Assembly: GCA_010093815.1 (NCBI GenBank) | Contig: ML996570.1 | DNA from: Pseudovirgaria hyperparasitica | Taxonomy: Eukaryota | Direction: 5' to 3' (one strand) | DNA length: 64,000 nt | Shown: piece after piece, positions 52,149-64,000 of the stretch | How positions within the stretch are numbered: position 1 is the stretch's first letter | Layout of the letters: each line of letters starts with the position of its first letter | Position numbers and translations under genes: made by a program | Notes under the pieces: model-generated | What the model saw: the letters and a program-made list of their open reading frames with translations, nothing else | Database searches by the model: none | What the model was told of the DNA's origin: nothing

Positions 52149-53462
52149 ATGCAAGCACAGAATGAATCCATAGACCGGAGCGTCTTCACCGTGATCTCGC
52201 CTTTAATTCAAGACAAAGGAAAAGAGCTACACTTGAAGAAGAAAAGGGCACAGTTTGTCACAGACCATGATGCCGTCCTGAAGCAGGAAATCAAGCGATG
52301 GACCTTACCAGCCTTCCTCGAATCATTCGCTCGACTGTCGCAAGCTCATGTCTTCAGGTCCCCTAGGGAAGAACGTGTGTACTTTGGGGTGTCGCAGCAG
52401 ACAGTCAGATCCCAAGAAAATGATCCAATGGTCGGACCTTCAGGAAGTGGGACCGCCGCGGATGCTGTGGCAGACCCAGAACCAGCTCCAAGTCCTGGCA
52501 TACCAAATGAGCCTGTCGATGCAGAATCCGACCCAAAGACTGATGACACTGCAGTTGCTGGTAATCGCTTTGCCCCATTCTCTGTTCTCATTAGCTGACT
52601 GACCGACCCAGACTCGGATCCGGAGGACGCAAAGTCGTCGTTCCAGCCACAGGAAATCATTCTATCGATAAAATATTCCCAGCCGCCACTATCTGCTTCG
52701 CTGCCCCAGCGAATCCAACGGCCACTCCTCGACGACTTCCAAAAAGCCATCGAGCAAGCATGTTTCGATTTCGCGGAGCGGCAGGTGCCCAGAGTTCTTA
52801 GCGAGAAGCGATGGGAATCGGCGGACGCTGTGGAGGTCACCAAATGGCGCAGGATAATTCCACAATCTCTGTGTGCCATGTACAAGAATGACAGCGAGGT
52901 TACACTGACAGGCATGAGCAACATGTTTCACAAAGCGTCACAGCTCCGCAATGCCGCAGTCCATCGCGAGCGTCTGTCAGTATCCAAGCTCGACTACATG
53001 CTCGATGGCTCCGTTGTCCTGGCAGGGTATCTCAGGGACAAGGACTGTGAAGACCGGTTGCGAAACGACAAGGATCTGGTGCGGAAGTATACGTCCGAGG
53101 TGGAAACAGACCAGAAGAAGCGTCTGAAAATGTTCAAAAAGCAGGTCGACGAGAAGAAGAGGGAGTTTGAGATCTGTTTGCAGCAGATGGGGCAACAGGT
53201 TCTCGAGGACGATGCACGCTTTTCCCACGCAGCTTACAAGCGGCTGGAGCAAGAGCTTCAGACTAGTAAGTCAGCTCGCAGTGGTAGGCTGCAGGATCGT
53301 GTGGGAGTTCTTTGTCATAGTCGTCCGTCACTGCGAGGTTACTGGGAAAATATGGCCGAGATCAATGTAAACATTCTGTGGGACAGTGCTGTATGGATGG
53401 CTGCGATTGGACTCGTGCTCAGTTTGTTCCTTGCTCCAATTTTCGAGATTTGGCCATCGTAG
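52149..53462 (+). CDS. Uncharacterised protein: helical domain with RNAAVH (RxxxxH) motif, coiled coil, C-terminal TM
   Basis: Intron 52561-52611 (gtaatc…gctgac…cag) joins ORF 52149-52598 in frame to ORF ending 53462. Confidence 0.7.
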
Positions 53463-54269
53463 GGGCTGCTTTTCTGCTCTCAAGTTTCGCTGTTCCTGTC
53501 GCAAGTTTCGCTTATAGACCGTTTCGCTTCGTCTGACAGCTGTTCTTGATCCCTTCGTGATAGCTCATACTGACTGTGCAGGTTGTGATCTGGTTGGTTT
53601 GTCATACATTGTTACATGAAATCTGAGCTGTGTGACCGACTGTATGCAATATTGATAAAATCTAGGATCCCATCGAAAACGACAATAATGAAGACGATGG
53701 AATGGAAAGTCGAGCAGGCTAAGTCTATCTGTGGCTATAACAACGACACTGGCTATAGTTCTTGAGACTTTGGTGTGAAGTGACAGGTCCGTGGATTGGA
53801 GAGATGATTGAGCCGTAGCTTGGAAAACACCGTGACCGTATCGACCGGGGCAACTGTTGGAAAAGTAGGCAATTCTTTGCAGTCCCACGCAGCAACTCAT
53901 CGCCCTTGACATGGATACTTGGTATGGATATTTGGGTGATGGCGCGGATAAAGACTCACCGGGCCTTGAGCACGAAGTTGCAGTTGTATCTCGTTGTGAG
54001 CCTGCAACTACTACGGGGCAGTCAGAAAAAGGGGTTATGTACATGCAAAATCCGAATACTTCTCCAGGTCACTTCTCCATTGCGTACATGTCGTGTCAGC
54101 TACAGGTCGCAGGAATCTCGTAAACTGTATTGGACCAGCTTCAGCTATATTAGTGTAAGAATGTCGTGACTGGCGTACAATGGAGCCAATTCCTCCATTG
54201 TTCTTGGACCCAGTCCGGTAGATGGAAGGAAAACGCCAAAATAATCTTATACTCCATAATGACATTGGA

Positions 54270-55136
54270 CTATACACCGCTCGCACCGGGAGCTTTCTCA
54301 TCTTTTCGCAGGCTCAAGAGCAGCTCGCGGAATCTTTGCTTTTCTGTCCCACTGCCGCCCCCACGGGTCCCCTTTCCACTCAGATCAACAAGCTTCGCAA
54401 TACGCTCCCAGCTAGTGCCACCCGCCGTAGTGTCTTCACGGCTCTTGATAAAGTCTTCAGCCTCGCGGCGGGTCTGTGCAGTCTGTTTCTCTTTCTTGTT
54501 GTTGTAGTTCTCGTAGAAGTCGTCAATCTGCTCGTGAGCGGCTTTGATGGCCTCGGCCTTGCGGTTTGCAGATACCTCGTCGCGGTGTTGAACTTGGAGG
54601 TCGCGCTTCTCACGCCATTCTCGGATTACTTCTGGCTCGGGCTCGTTTGATTGCGGAATATAAGACGACGCTGTGGTCTGCGGCGCGCCGGGGAGGAACG
54701 GCATCGAAGTTCCAGTGATGGTGCCGCCAGGAGCCATGTGCTATTATGTGTCAGCTGGTCCTGACGCCCGCAGATATTCTCAGCATACTTCATTAGATGT
54801 GTCTATCGCAGGAAAGTCGTTGTTGAATGACATCTCCTCGGCATTTCCCGGTGGTTGATATGAGCTACCTCCACCCAGAAGATCATCATCGCCGTCCTCG
54901 ACCGTAGCTGCGAGGTTGTCGTTGGGAGAAGCAAACTGATTGGCGTCGTCGCCCAGCGCAGCACGTTCGCGGGAGAGAAAGTCATCACCGTCGGCTGAGT
55001 CGCCGACTAGATCAAAGCCAGCCTGTCCTCTTGCCTCTGTCTGACCTGAGACCTAGATTAGCCGTCATGCGCGAACAGCTGCGTACCACATCATACCTGC
55101 GTCGATCTCGTCCAAGGAGGGAAACCTGTCAGCCAT
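54270..55136 (-). CDS. CLC1: Clathrin light chain
   Basis: MADRFPSLDE, DFLSRERAALGDDA, EPEVIREWRE, IDDFYENYN, GTSWERIAKLVD, RFRELLLSL…APGA; two introns. Confidence 0.96.
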
Positions 55137-55537
55137 GATTGCGATTGTGTGTTTGTCGGTGGGTTGGCGGTGCTGTGAGTGGGCTACAGGATCTTCAACT
55201 GGTATGCGAGTGGATTGACAGCCAGGCAAGGGTATTGAATGAGCTGTTGATGGAAGCAGAAGTTGTGATGTTTGAGTGGGTGGAGGCCAAACTTCACCTC
55301 CGAGCTGCCCTACTCGGCGTTTCTACGGTTCTGGCTTGCGCTAAGGAACTGCTCCAACGGAGCTCCCCAAGCTTCACGGTAATTAGACCTTGCCCGTACC
55401 GCAACATCTCATACGACAAACTTTTGCGCAGACAACCAACTCGGACAGCATCGTGTAGTACATCTGAAAGGGCTTGAAGCTTCGCAGTGGGACGAATTTC
55501 TGTATAGTCACTCCCGTAAACGTGTCTTGTGCTTGTG

Positions 55538-56954
55538 ATGGCGTACACCGATGATGCCGTAAAGGCCAAGCTGTCTGCTCTCAATGAGACGCAGGATGGC
55601 ATAATGGGTGTTGCGCAATGGGTCATGTTCCATAGGTACGACTTGTATCGAAGTCGTGACAAGCGCGCAGTCTAACAATGATGTGACAGGAGGCACGCAG
55701 ACAGGACTGCTCAGCTCTGGCTACAACGACTGAAGGATTCAACGGCGACCAAGCGACTGAATCTGATATACCTCGCAAACGGTACGGTTATCCCCTGATG
55801 ATGGCCAATCTCATACTGACGTGTTATCAGAAATTGCACAACAATCACGCGTTCGCAAGAAGATGGAGTTCATATCAGCCTTCTCTCCGGTGCGTAGTCC
55901 GACAATGAAACACAACAGACCTAACGAGAATTAGATTGTTGCCGAGGGCACCACAACGGCATATAGAAGTGCGACACAAGAGCTACAACAAAAGATACGG
56001 AGGGTGGTCGAGGTGTGGCGACAGAGGAATGTGTTTGACCTTCCCGTGCAGGAATCAATAGAGAAGGGCCTGGATGGTATGCCGAGTGCTTACGCTGGAC
56101 ATGCAGTTGGCTGACCGAGACTAGAGATTGACAAGACTCGACAGGGAGGCAAGAAAGGCGGTCTTGGAGGATCGCTGTTCAGCTCTGGACCCACGGCTCC
56201 TACCGAATTGCAGCCACTGATTGCTCCACAGAACGACCTCACCAAAGCCGAGATTGCCTATCGCTCCGTGATTGAGACTGCAAATGCAGAGTATGATAGA
56301 GTCACCAACCCTGACGCCAAAGCTCCCACTCCGCCCGTCCATGCCCACCAATTGAGCAACGTTTTGAAGACTCTTGCGAATGCAGAAGGGGCCGTCGCGC
56401 AGAGTATCAAATGTCGGCGTACACTCATTGAAGGCTTAGAGAAGCTTCTCGCGACCAACCGGACGGCATTGAGTACTGAAGAGACATACCACTACGAGCT
56501 GTCATCTAAGAAGACGACGATTGAAGCAAAGAAACGTGAGGTTGAGGACGGCATTATGCGTGGTCTGACGTCTGGACACGCGGGCAATGGCGCTGCGTAC
56601 GAGGACGAGACCAACCGCCCGGACGTCGAACAATTGACACCACCGCCAGTAGAGTCGTTGACACCAACTGGTTCACCGCCCCCACAGGATCAGGCTGCAG
56701 CACCTGTCGAAGCCGATGCTAGCTATGACTATCCTCCCCAGACGCGCGCTGAACTAGATGGGATGGCTGATGCAGGGCAACCTGTTAGCCATGAATCTAA
56801 TCCGGGCTTTGGGACCGTACCAAGTTCACTGAAGCGCCAGATGAGTGAGGAAGGCGGTGGCCTACCCTTTAAGAGACGCAGCTTGAAGAACGACGGACCA
56901 GAGTTTGCAGGGGAAGTCACCCTGGACGCAGATGTCGCTGATATGCTGGGCTGA
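55538..56954 (+). CDS. RTT103: Pol II CTD-interacting (CID/RPR) domain protein, Rtt103/DUF618-like
   Basis: MAYTDDAVKAKLSALNETQ, AQWVMFHRRHA, KRLNLIYLANEIAQQS, RRVVEVWRQRNVF; four short introns. Confidence 0.85.
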
Positions 56955-57489
56955 GACTCGGCATACGGTCTTTATGGTGTACTCGGGCCACCATCTGTTC
57001 TTTTCTTCACATTAATAGCGGGGGGTTCTGTGTCTTCTTCGCGTTGATAGTGGTGGGGTTCTCTGTGCGAACAAATAATCATATAGTTGTGATTCACGGT
57101 CTTCAATCGAGCACCAGGAGCAGGTTTCCATGTATTTTAACATATAGGTATTCACTTTATATACTCTGCTTCATAGCGATATCTACCAGAACAGACAGCT
57201 AGGCACTGCAGTATCTACCGCATAGTAGTAAAGTCCCCTTTGGTGGTACACACGTATGAATCCCCTGAACGCCCGCCCCAGCCTTACACTATCCCCTGGC
57301 ACTGCCAACAAGCCTCTCAAGAACTGAACTCGGGATGGTTCCCATCCTTTACCCTAACTACAGCACAAAACACAAGTTTCCGAGTTGAATTCGAGTTCAC
57401 CCGAAGGCCATATGTACATGACCATGCCGGCGGGGAGGGGTTATACCACATGCCCAACGATCGAAGCGCTATCACCCAGCGGACATCGC

Positions 57490-57735
57490 AGACATTGTAG
57501 ACATTGTAGACTGTAGACACAGTACAAATTGTAGATAGATTAGATATATTAGTTATATTAGATATGATAGATATGATAGATATGATAGATATGATAGATA
57601 TGATAGATATGATAGATATGATAGATATGATAGATCTGATAGATATGATAGACATGATAGACGTGATAGACATGATAGACATGATAGATCTAGTAGAAAG
57701 CGTAGACACAGCAGACACAGCAGACACAGCAGATA
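57490..57735. repeat. 9-bp minisatellite family (ATAGATATG)n with variant flanking units
   Basis: About 14 near-perfect units 57560-57690 plus degenerate 9-mers (gacattgta, gcagacaca) on both sides. Confidence 0.92.
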
Positions 57736-57993
57736 TATCAACCAATAAATCACCAACCCGCACCGCAAGCAGCCCTCTCCAAGTACCCTAAAGACAGATA
57801 CACACTATCCAACAACCTCCATTCTTCTATATCCCGCGTCTTAAGCGAGTCCAGAGCAAGACATATAAACATACAATCATACAGTCAAACCCCCTGAATG
57901 ACCCTCCCTCACGACTCCCTCGCTAGAAACGTCTCTCAAAGTCCAAAGCTACCATTGCATACATCCTCATATTTCACACTACTTCCCCTTACC

Positions 57994-58170
57994 TTTCCCT
58001 TCCCTCTATTCCCCTTCCCTCTATTCCCCTTCCCTCTATTCCCCTTCCCTCTATTCCCCTTCCCTCTATTCCCCTTCCCTCTATTCCCCTTCCCTCTATT
58101 CCCCTTCCCTCCATCCCCATCCCCTTCCCCTCCCTCCGTTCCTTCCCCTCCCTCTGTTCCCCTTCCCCAA
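57994..58170. repeat. 15-bp polypyrimidine minisatellite (TTCCCCTTCCCTCTA) x ~7 with degenerate tail
   Basis: Seen directly. Confidence 0.92.
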
Positions 58171-58770
58171 ACCGAAACCTAACCCAAGCTCCAATACCCC
58201 AGAAAGGACTCCCCCCAGCCCCTCCCCTTCCCCCAGCCCGGTCTACTCCACCAGTAATATACCCCAGGTAGTCCGCGAAACCGGGGGCTAGTAAGTGTGA
58301 AACCACCCATAGTATCAGTGCGGGGAGGGGGAAGTGTGGGGTTTATGACGATGGGCTGTTGGAGAATTGTACTTGATATCAGTGGATGAATGGATGAATG
58401 GATGGATGAATGATGTGATGTACCCGGGGTGGTGGCGAGGTCGGGTGATAGAAGGGGGCGAGGATTGAGGATTGGGGGGATGGGAGAGGGGAAGAGGGAA
58501 GAGGGTACGGGTAGGTACTGCGGACGCTGCCTTAGTGCAGATCTGCGATATCAAGGCCGAGGACAGGGACATTAGAGATCACTTTAATGACGCGGGACGG
58601 ATTGTGGTTGATACATGAAACTAGAAGAATGCTCATTCGTGTGGTATATACATGTCCACTTGCATTGGCTGATATTCCCCCGCAAGCACTCCATCTTCGG
58701 CGAGAGCGCCTCGTTATCATGGGTATACTATATGAGTACGGTCAAGGCGGGGGGGGGGGGGGGGACCTAC

Positions 58771-60043
58771 TCAGCGCTTCCTTCCGCGGTGAGAGGTGCT
58801 GTTGGATACATTCCTCGAAGACGTACGTGCCTTGCTGGATGCGGTTGGCGCGTCGAACGAGCGGGTTACGCGTTTGGCTCTTGGTGCCGCTGGGTTTTCG
58901 GTGGCTGTTTCGGGGGAGTCGGCCTTGCGCTTGCGGGAAGATGGTTGTGGTGCCGGGGATGGGGATTTTGCGTTGTGCCTCTTCTTGGTCTCTGCAGCCG
59001 TGAGGACGGGGCTTTTGGTGTCGATAGTCCTTGAGGCGCTCTTTGAGGTGTCTGAGGATGACGGGGTAGGTGGATGTTGAGTTTGTCTTGTCGGCTTTGT
59101 GGTTTGTGGGGTCTGATGCTTGGTGACGGGCTGTTCGTCGACAGAGCTGCCCGCGGGTGTCATCGTTTCATCCTTTCCCTCTTCGGTCGCACCGTGGTGT
59201 GACAGGAAGTTGGATATGCCCTCGGCCGCCGGATCGTCTTCATCGCGCTCGAATAGGTCGTCTGCTAGTGCTCTGGCAACATCGTCTGCATCCTCTTCTC
59301 CACCAAGCATTCGCATCGCATATTGGAGGAGCATATTCGGGTCTAACCCCTGGAGCCCGTTGCCTGCGCTTCCGAGCCGACTGACCAGAGCGGCTTTGAA
59401 GGCATCCTCGTCAATCATAGGTGCTCTGCTGGCTCCGTCTTCAGGCGGGATATCGAAAGTCTCGGCACCTTCATCCTGAGCTTTAGGCTTCTTTTTGAAC
59501 TCCTCCAAGGAGCTATTCGCAAATCTTGTCCGCCAATCCTTCAGGAGAGCAACAGGCTGCTGAGCATCAACATTCATAGGCTTCGATGACCGATATGTCC
59601 GTTCCTTCTGCGTCCTCCAAGCAACCGTCGGTGTTGGGGACGACGGTGGCTCTGGTCCTTTGCTCGCCGATAGTTTCCGCTTCTTCCTTCCTCTTGCAAC
59701 GGCACCAGGCCTTTCTCTCCTCTGGACGGTCGTTTCGTTTGTTGCACCGGCACCGCGCCCGGCGTCGTAGTCGTAGTATCCCGCAGAGCCATCTTCAATG
59801 TCTTCGTAGTAGTCGAAGCGATCCCAGTCATAATAGTCGTCGTCGTCTGCGAATGGAGGGGGAGACGCCACGGCGCGTTCGGCGAGGTCGTCCTAGAGGT
59901 AATTAGCAAGCCAAGGCGACATGACATGTGAGCAAGGTGTATATAGGCAAGCATACCGCTATGTGATATCCATCCTCTACGTAAGTGTAGTCTAGATCGA
60001 ACTCGAAAAAGTCATCGTCAGAGTAGTCGCCGTAGTCCGACAT
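58771..60043 (-). CDS. Hypothetical protein, acidic N-terminus and basic low-complexity C-terminus
   Basis: MSDYGDYSDDDFFEFDLDYTYVEDGY exon, intron ~59893-59956, then 366-aa open frame with VALLKDWR and RKRK-type NLS-like motifs. Confidence 0.75.
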
Positions 60044-62361
60044 TGTCGCGTGTATGCAATTGGTGGAGGGGGTGTCAAGTGTGCACCATATGTCGATAGG
60101 CGTTTGTCAAGTAAGGGGATCAAGACTCGGAATGTTTAGGATATCAGGACGGGATGCGCGGCATACGTCACGCGTCACCACTCGACAACAGTAGCGGAGA
60201 ACGATGTTTTTCGTTGCGGAGTAATGGGACACTGAGCGAATAGAGGAGGCGAAATGTGTGGGATCATGAGTGAATCAGGGACGACTTTCATTGACGCGCA
60301 TCACGTCCGTAGGTGCCTTGTGGATGGGGTGAAGTGTGTTTGGACGCCATGGTATGTCTGGGCGAAGTTGCGCCAACACACGCTGTTGGTCGGGCGTGCT
60401 GGTTGGTCGACCAGAAGACCTGGCGCTCCTCAAGTGCCCTGAGGATGATCAGCTTTGCCCTTGCTCCACCCGCATATCTTGTGGGAAGTAGTACAGAGTT
60501 GTAGGTTCAGATTTCGGCTTCCATCAAGATATGCCATCTGGACTTGGGCTATATTCGTAGTTATCGAGGCGTGCAACCGAGAGAGGTTAGTGCCGCCCGA
60601 CTAGGTTAGCACCGATTGGCCGTGAATAGACATGTACAAGGTAACTTTACTCCGCTCTTCGCTCTGCTTACTTTTCTCGGAGTGCGACATGCATATTCAC
60701 ATTGGCTCTAGACTGAGGTTCAAAATAAATTCCTCCGCCAATGTGGGTGGACAAGGTATTGTGTATCACCTCAAAGCCGTCCAAACACCTGAGAAGCCAG
60801 CAAAACATCCTTCTACTTGTTGAGACGATTTATCCCGGGACACAGTCTTTCCAAGATCATCAACGTGTAGCCTGGCTTCGCTTAAATTAGGAAACAGTCT
60901 CGCCCTGGTTAGAATACTCTGTACTTTTGCAACGTGAAATTGGTGAAATAGTCTACATGCTGCAAGTCGGGCATGCTGTGGCGGCGCCGTTGAGCGGCGT
61001 GGCTATGAGTGTGACTGTAGATTGGGCTAGATGTTATTGGAATGGACGTTTCGTGACCGGCACGTATATATGTAAATGTCTCGCCGTCTACCGTGAGTCG
61101 GGATGATATGCTGGACCCGGATTTACAAGTCACGGGAACGAAGCGGGACGAGACTTGAAGGCCGACGGAGGGTGATGGAGGTGATGGAGAGTAAGATGAA
61201 CGCTGGGGAAGCGGCTATACTTTGGGCTGTTTTGTCCAGACCCGCGGAGTGGGCAGAATGGCAGCAGCTTGTTTATCCTTGAATCCGGAGGCCCCGTCGA
61301 GGCGTGGGCACTGCTACAGTGCTACTGGCAGAGACAATCAGATGATGGCTAATTCTGCGCTATTACTGTTCCTGCGCGAACTTGAAGAGCAGAGAATCGA
61401 GTCGCGTTGTAGACGACTAGGAGTTAGATCGCCCGTCCACAAGGCAGGATGCGCAGCCGTCAGCACAGTATTGCTGCCCCTTGGAACGCCCTCAGCACGA
61501 CAAGTGATGGATCTGTGTAGATCAACTGCTCGTATGGCCCCGAGCATGCCTGGATGACTTGGACATTCTCACATCATATAAAGACTCGAATAGGCTTTGA
61601 TCATAATATAACTAGTTACATGATTACGCCACACAGGAGAAGAGACTCGCCTAATCCATTTCGTACAAGAGTCTAAGCCTATTCCGGGAGATAGATTAAA
61701 ACTAGTAGGGATTCTAAGCGACATGAGGTAGAAGCAATGTGGAGAATGGAGACGAAGAAGTGTACCATAGATAGGTCAACCGTCACTGTTATGATTATCC
61801 TGACTGTATCGACAAGACACCACGAGACTAAGTGTGAATGATCCCTGGGGTGAGTGTCTTTCAGATGTCCATTATGCGTTTGCAGATGCGTGTTCTTGCA
61901 ATATACGCTTCATGGTTACACGCAGGCCTGCAGGTCGGCCACGAAGATCCCTATCTGGTCCAAATGTGCAAAAGAATAAAGTATTCTGACTGTGCCTGCA
62001 GACCCAATAGTCTCCATCTGTGGCGCTGGCCGAGACTCCCTGCTCATCTCCACAAATAAGCTGCTAAATCGTCGACTAGGCGTACACTCGGGTTAGCCTA
62101 TGAAAACAACGCAGTATTCCAACCATTTGTGGAAACGCGCCGTAGGGCTCGATGGAACGAGGCGCATCAACCAAATCCTAAATCCGACATCTTGCAGACC
62201 CAGATCCCATCGCACATTCCGGTGGCTTGCGGTTCTCGAGAGTAGTTCATGAGCAGTCATTCTAGCCATGGCCCCTATGATCGCGTCTTTAAAACCTGTT
62301 GTGTTCCCGAACAACTGGTCTTGCGATTGACCCTGTAGCCGCTTCAGTGCCCACTTTCAAC

Positions 62362-63908
62362 ATGGTAGCCATATCAGAACTCTTGATCGTGCTTGCTACA
62401 GCCTTGTCTGTCGAAGCCAGCTCCAAATGCTGCGCTGCAGGTTCGCCTACCACATGTCCTTCCACAATTCAAGCTCTGACTATACTAGATAAATGCTTCG
62501 CTTCTGCGAAGCTGCCGGCAAAGGCAACGCCAATTGTGTCCGCTTTCTGCCAAAAGTACATTCACAAGACTCCTGGAACGGTCACAGTATGCTACACTTC
62601 CCCCTGAACGTCCGGCCACACTGACGAAGCGCATAGGTCACGGTGTCGGCGACAAAGGGATCGACCGTGTCGCCCACTCCTGTTGTCGTGACACAGCCCG
62701 GAAACCCAATAACAATCCGGACCACCCCAATTGTGACTTCGGTCTTGACCGTCACCGAGACACAGCAGCAAGTCATCAGCTCCGGTGCCTGCGGTACCAC
62801 TGTAACAAGTCCTTATCCAACATCAACCAACTATCGCGTTCGCGGCATCGATCCAGGCTCTCCTAACCAACGTCGCCACGTTCCCGTCATTCCCGATTTC
62901 CTTACGTCAAACTGCAATCCAAAGGATTTGCCCGCAAAGGTCAGCAAGGCCTGCTCCTGTTTCCTTACCTCTGCTACCACTACCGTGACTGCAACCCAAA
63001 ACGTGGGCACCACGCTCCCGGCTTCCACTCAAGTCGTCACCGCGCCCGGCACAACCGTTCTGGAGACGGCCAGCGAACTCTCGTCCATCATCACTGTCAC
63101 CCAGACTGCCGTACAGACTCAGACGACCTGTACTGGCGCCTCGACTACCGCGACCGAATACACCGGCGTCTTCTCTTGCGGCGTTCCATCCCCGACGGCA
63201 GGCCAGATTGGCACGCCCACTTGCGCAAACGACAACGTGCCGCCCGGCGAGACCAACAGCCCATTCCGCGTCGAAGGGGCCTCCGAGGGCAACATCTTTG
63301 ATGGCTGCATAGTCAGTGGTCCACGCAACATCACCACTCCTTCTGGAGGCACCCACCTGTGCGATGGCACAAACAACAATGCCAACCCGGCCCCCGGTGC
63401 TACCTTTACCACCGATATCCAGTCTGCCGGCAACCAGGCCGGCTTTGACTTGGACGGCTCCTACAGCAACCAGTTCCAAGACTTCTTCATCACTCGTATC
63501 TCCGCCACCGCGCAGACCGGCAATCAGTTCTGGGGCGTCCTCCGCAACAGGGTCTTTACTGCTCGCGGCGGCTGCCAGGAGCAAGTCTCGCCCGCGGACG
63601 AGGCGCTCTGGGCTTATGACGCCTTTGCACCCAACAGAGTCTTCCTGTCCACCTCTCCCGGCTACCAGGTTGTCCGGCTGGGCGACCAGCAGTCCATCAC
63701 CGTGACGGTGCTCGCCGGTAATCCGAACAGCGGCAACACGATCCCTGCTCAGGGCGCTACCTTTGGAACTGGTACTGTTGCCGGCTCCGACGGCAGTATC
63801 CAGCTTACTGTCCCCAGCCAGCCCGGCTGCTATCTGTACAAGGCGGAGTTGTCCAACGCCATTCGCAGCAACGCGTTCTATTTGTCTGTCTTGCCTGCCT
63901 CTTCTTAG
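62362..63908 (+). CDS. Secreted protein: signal peptide, Cys/Thr-rich fungal region, C-terminal DUF4430/transcobalamin-C-like domain
   Basis: MVAISELLIVLATALSVEA signal; intron 62587-62636; SKACSC motif; RVEG…TTPSGGTHLCDGTN…DFFITRI…FWGVLRN…GGCQ…DEALWAY. Confidence 0.75.
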
Positions 63909-64000
63909 ACGGGCTCCCGTATACTTCCATACTGTCTTTAATATCTTGCTCGATATCACTTCGTGCGTTGAGAATACGATGCTTTACATTTTGACTTGTG

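Noticed and set aside
57317..58306. ORFs with MID, SII, FPFPL, EGRGI repeats
   Set aside because: Translations of 9-bp and 15-bp minisatellites
60100..62300. Short ORFs of 60-111 aa
   Set aside because: No motifs or coherent exon structure; treated as divergent promoter/intergenic sequence
62907..63959. 350-aa minus-strand ORF
   Set aside because: Antisense shadow of the GC-rich secreted-protein CDS

Overview
Gene-dense eukaryotic window from a filamentous ascomycete (Pezizomycotina-type short GT-AG introns with CTRAC-like branch points). I support 22 intron-containing protein genes: Ubc6-type E2, MOD5, CAF16, heme oxygenase-like, PFK2/FBPase-like, TOM40, TOM22, DnaJ-Zn finger, hydrophilin, LAC1-type ceramide synthase, VPS38/UVRAG, MHR1/mL67, rhomboid, a fungal protein kinase, MFS sugar porter, alpha/beta hydrolase, ADP-ribosylglycohydrolase, PTH11-like protein, amino-acid permease, clathrin light chain, RTT103 and an acidic hypothetical protein. 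Two further genes are unusual: a membrane-anchored protein with an RxxxxH (HEPN-like) motif and a secreted protein with an actinobacterial-looking DUF4430/transcobalamin-like domain. There is one intron-containing tRNA-Ile(TAT). The most striking non-coding items are a ~0.9 kb foldback/MITE-like element (five tandem 145-163 bp units plus one inverted unit) and, 380 bp downstream, an orphan Pol III-like unit (TATA, A-box-like, B box, T-run) that has a tRNA T-arm but no matching tRNA 5' half. Exon boundaries and family assignments were read by eye from motifs; no searches were run.
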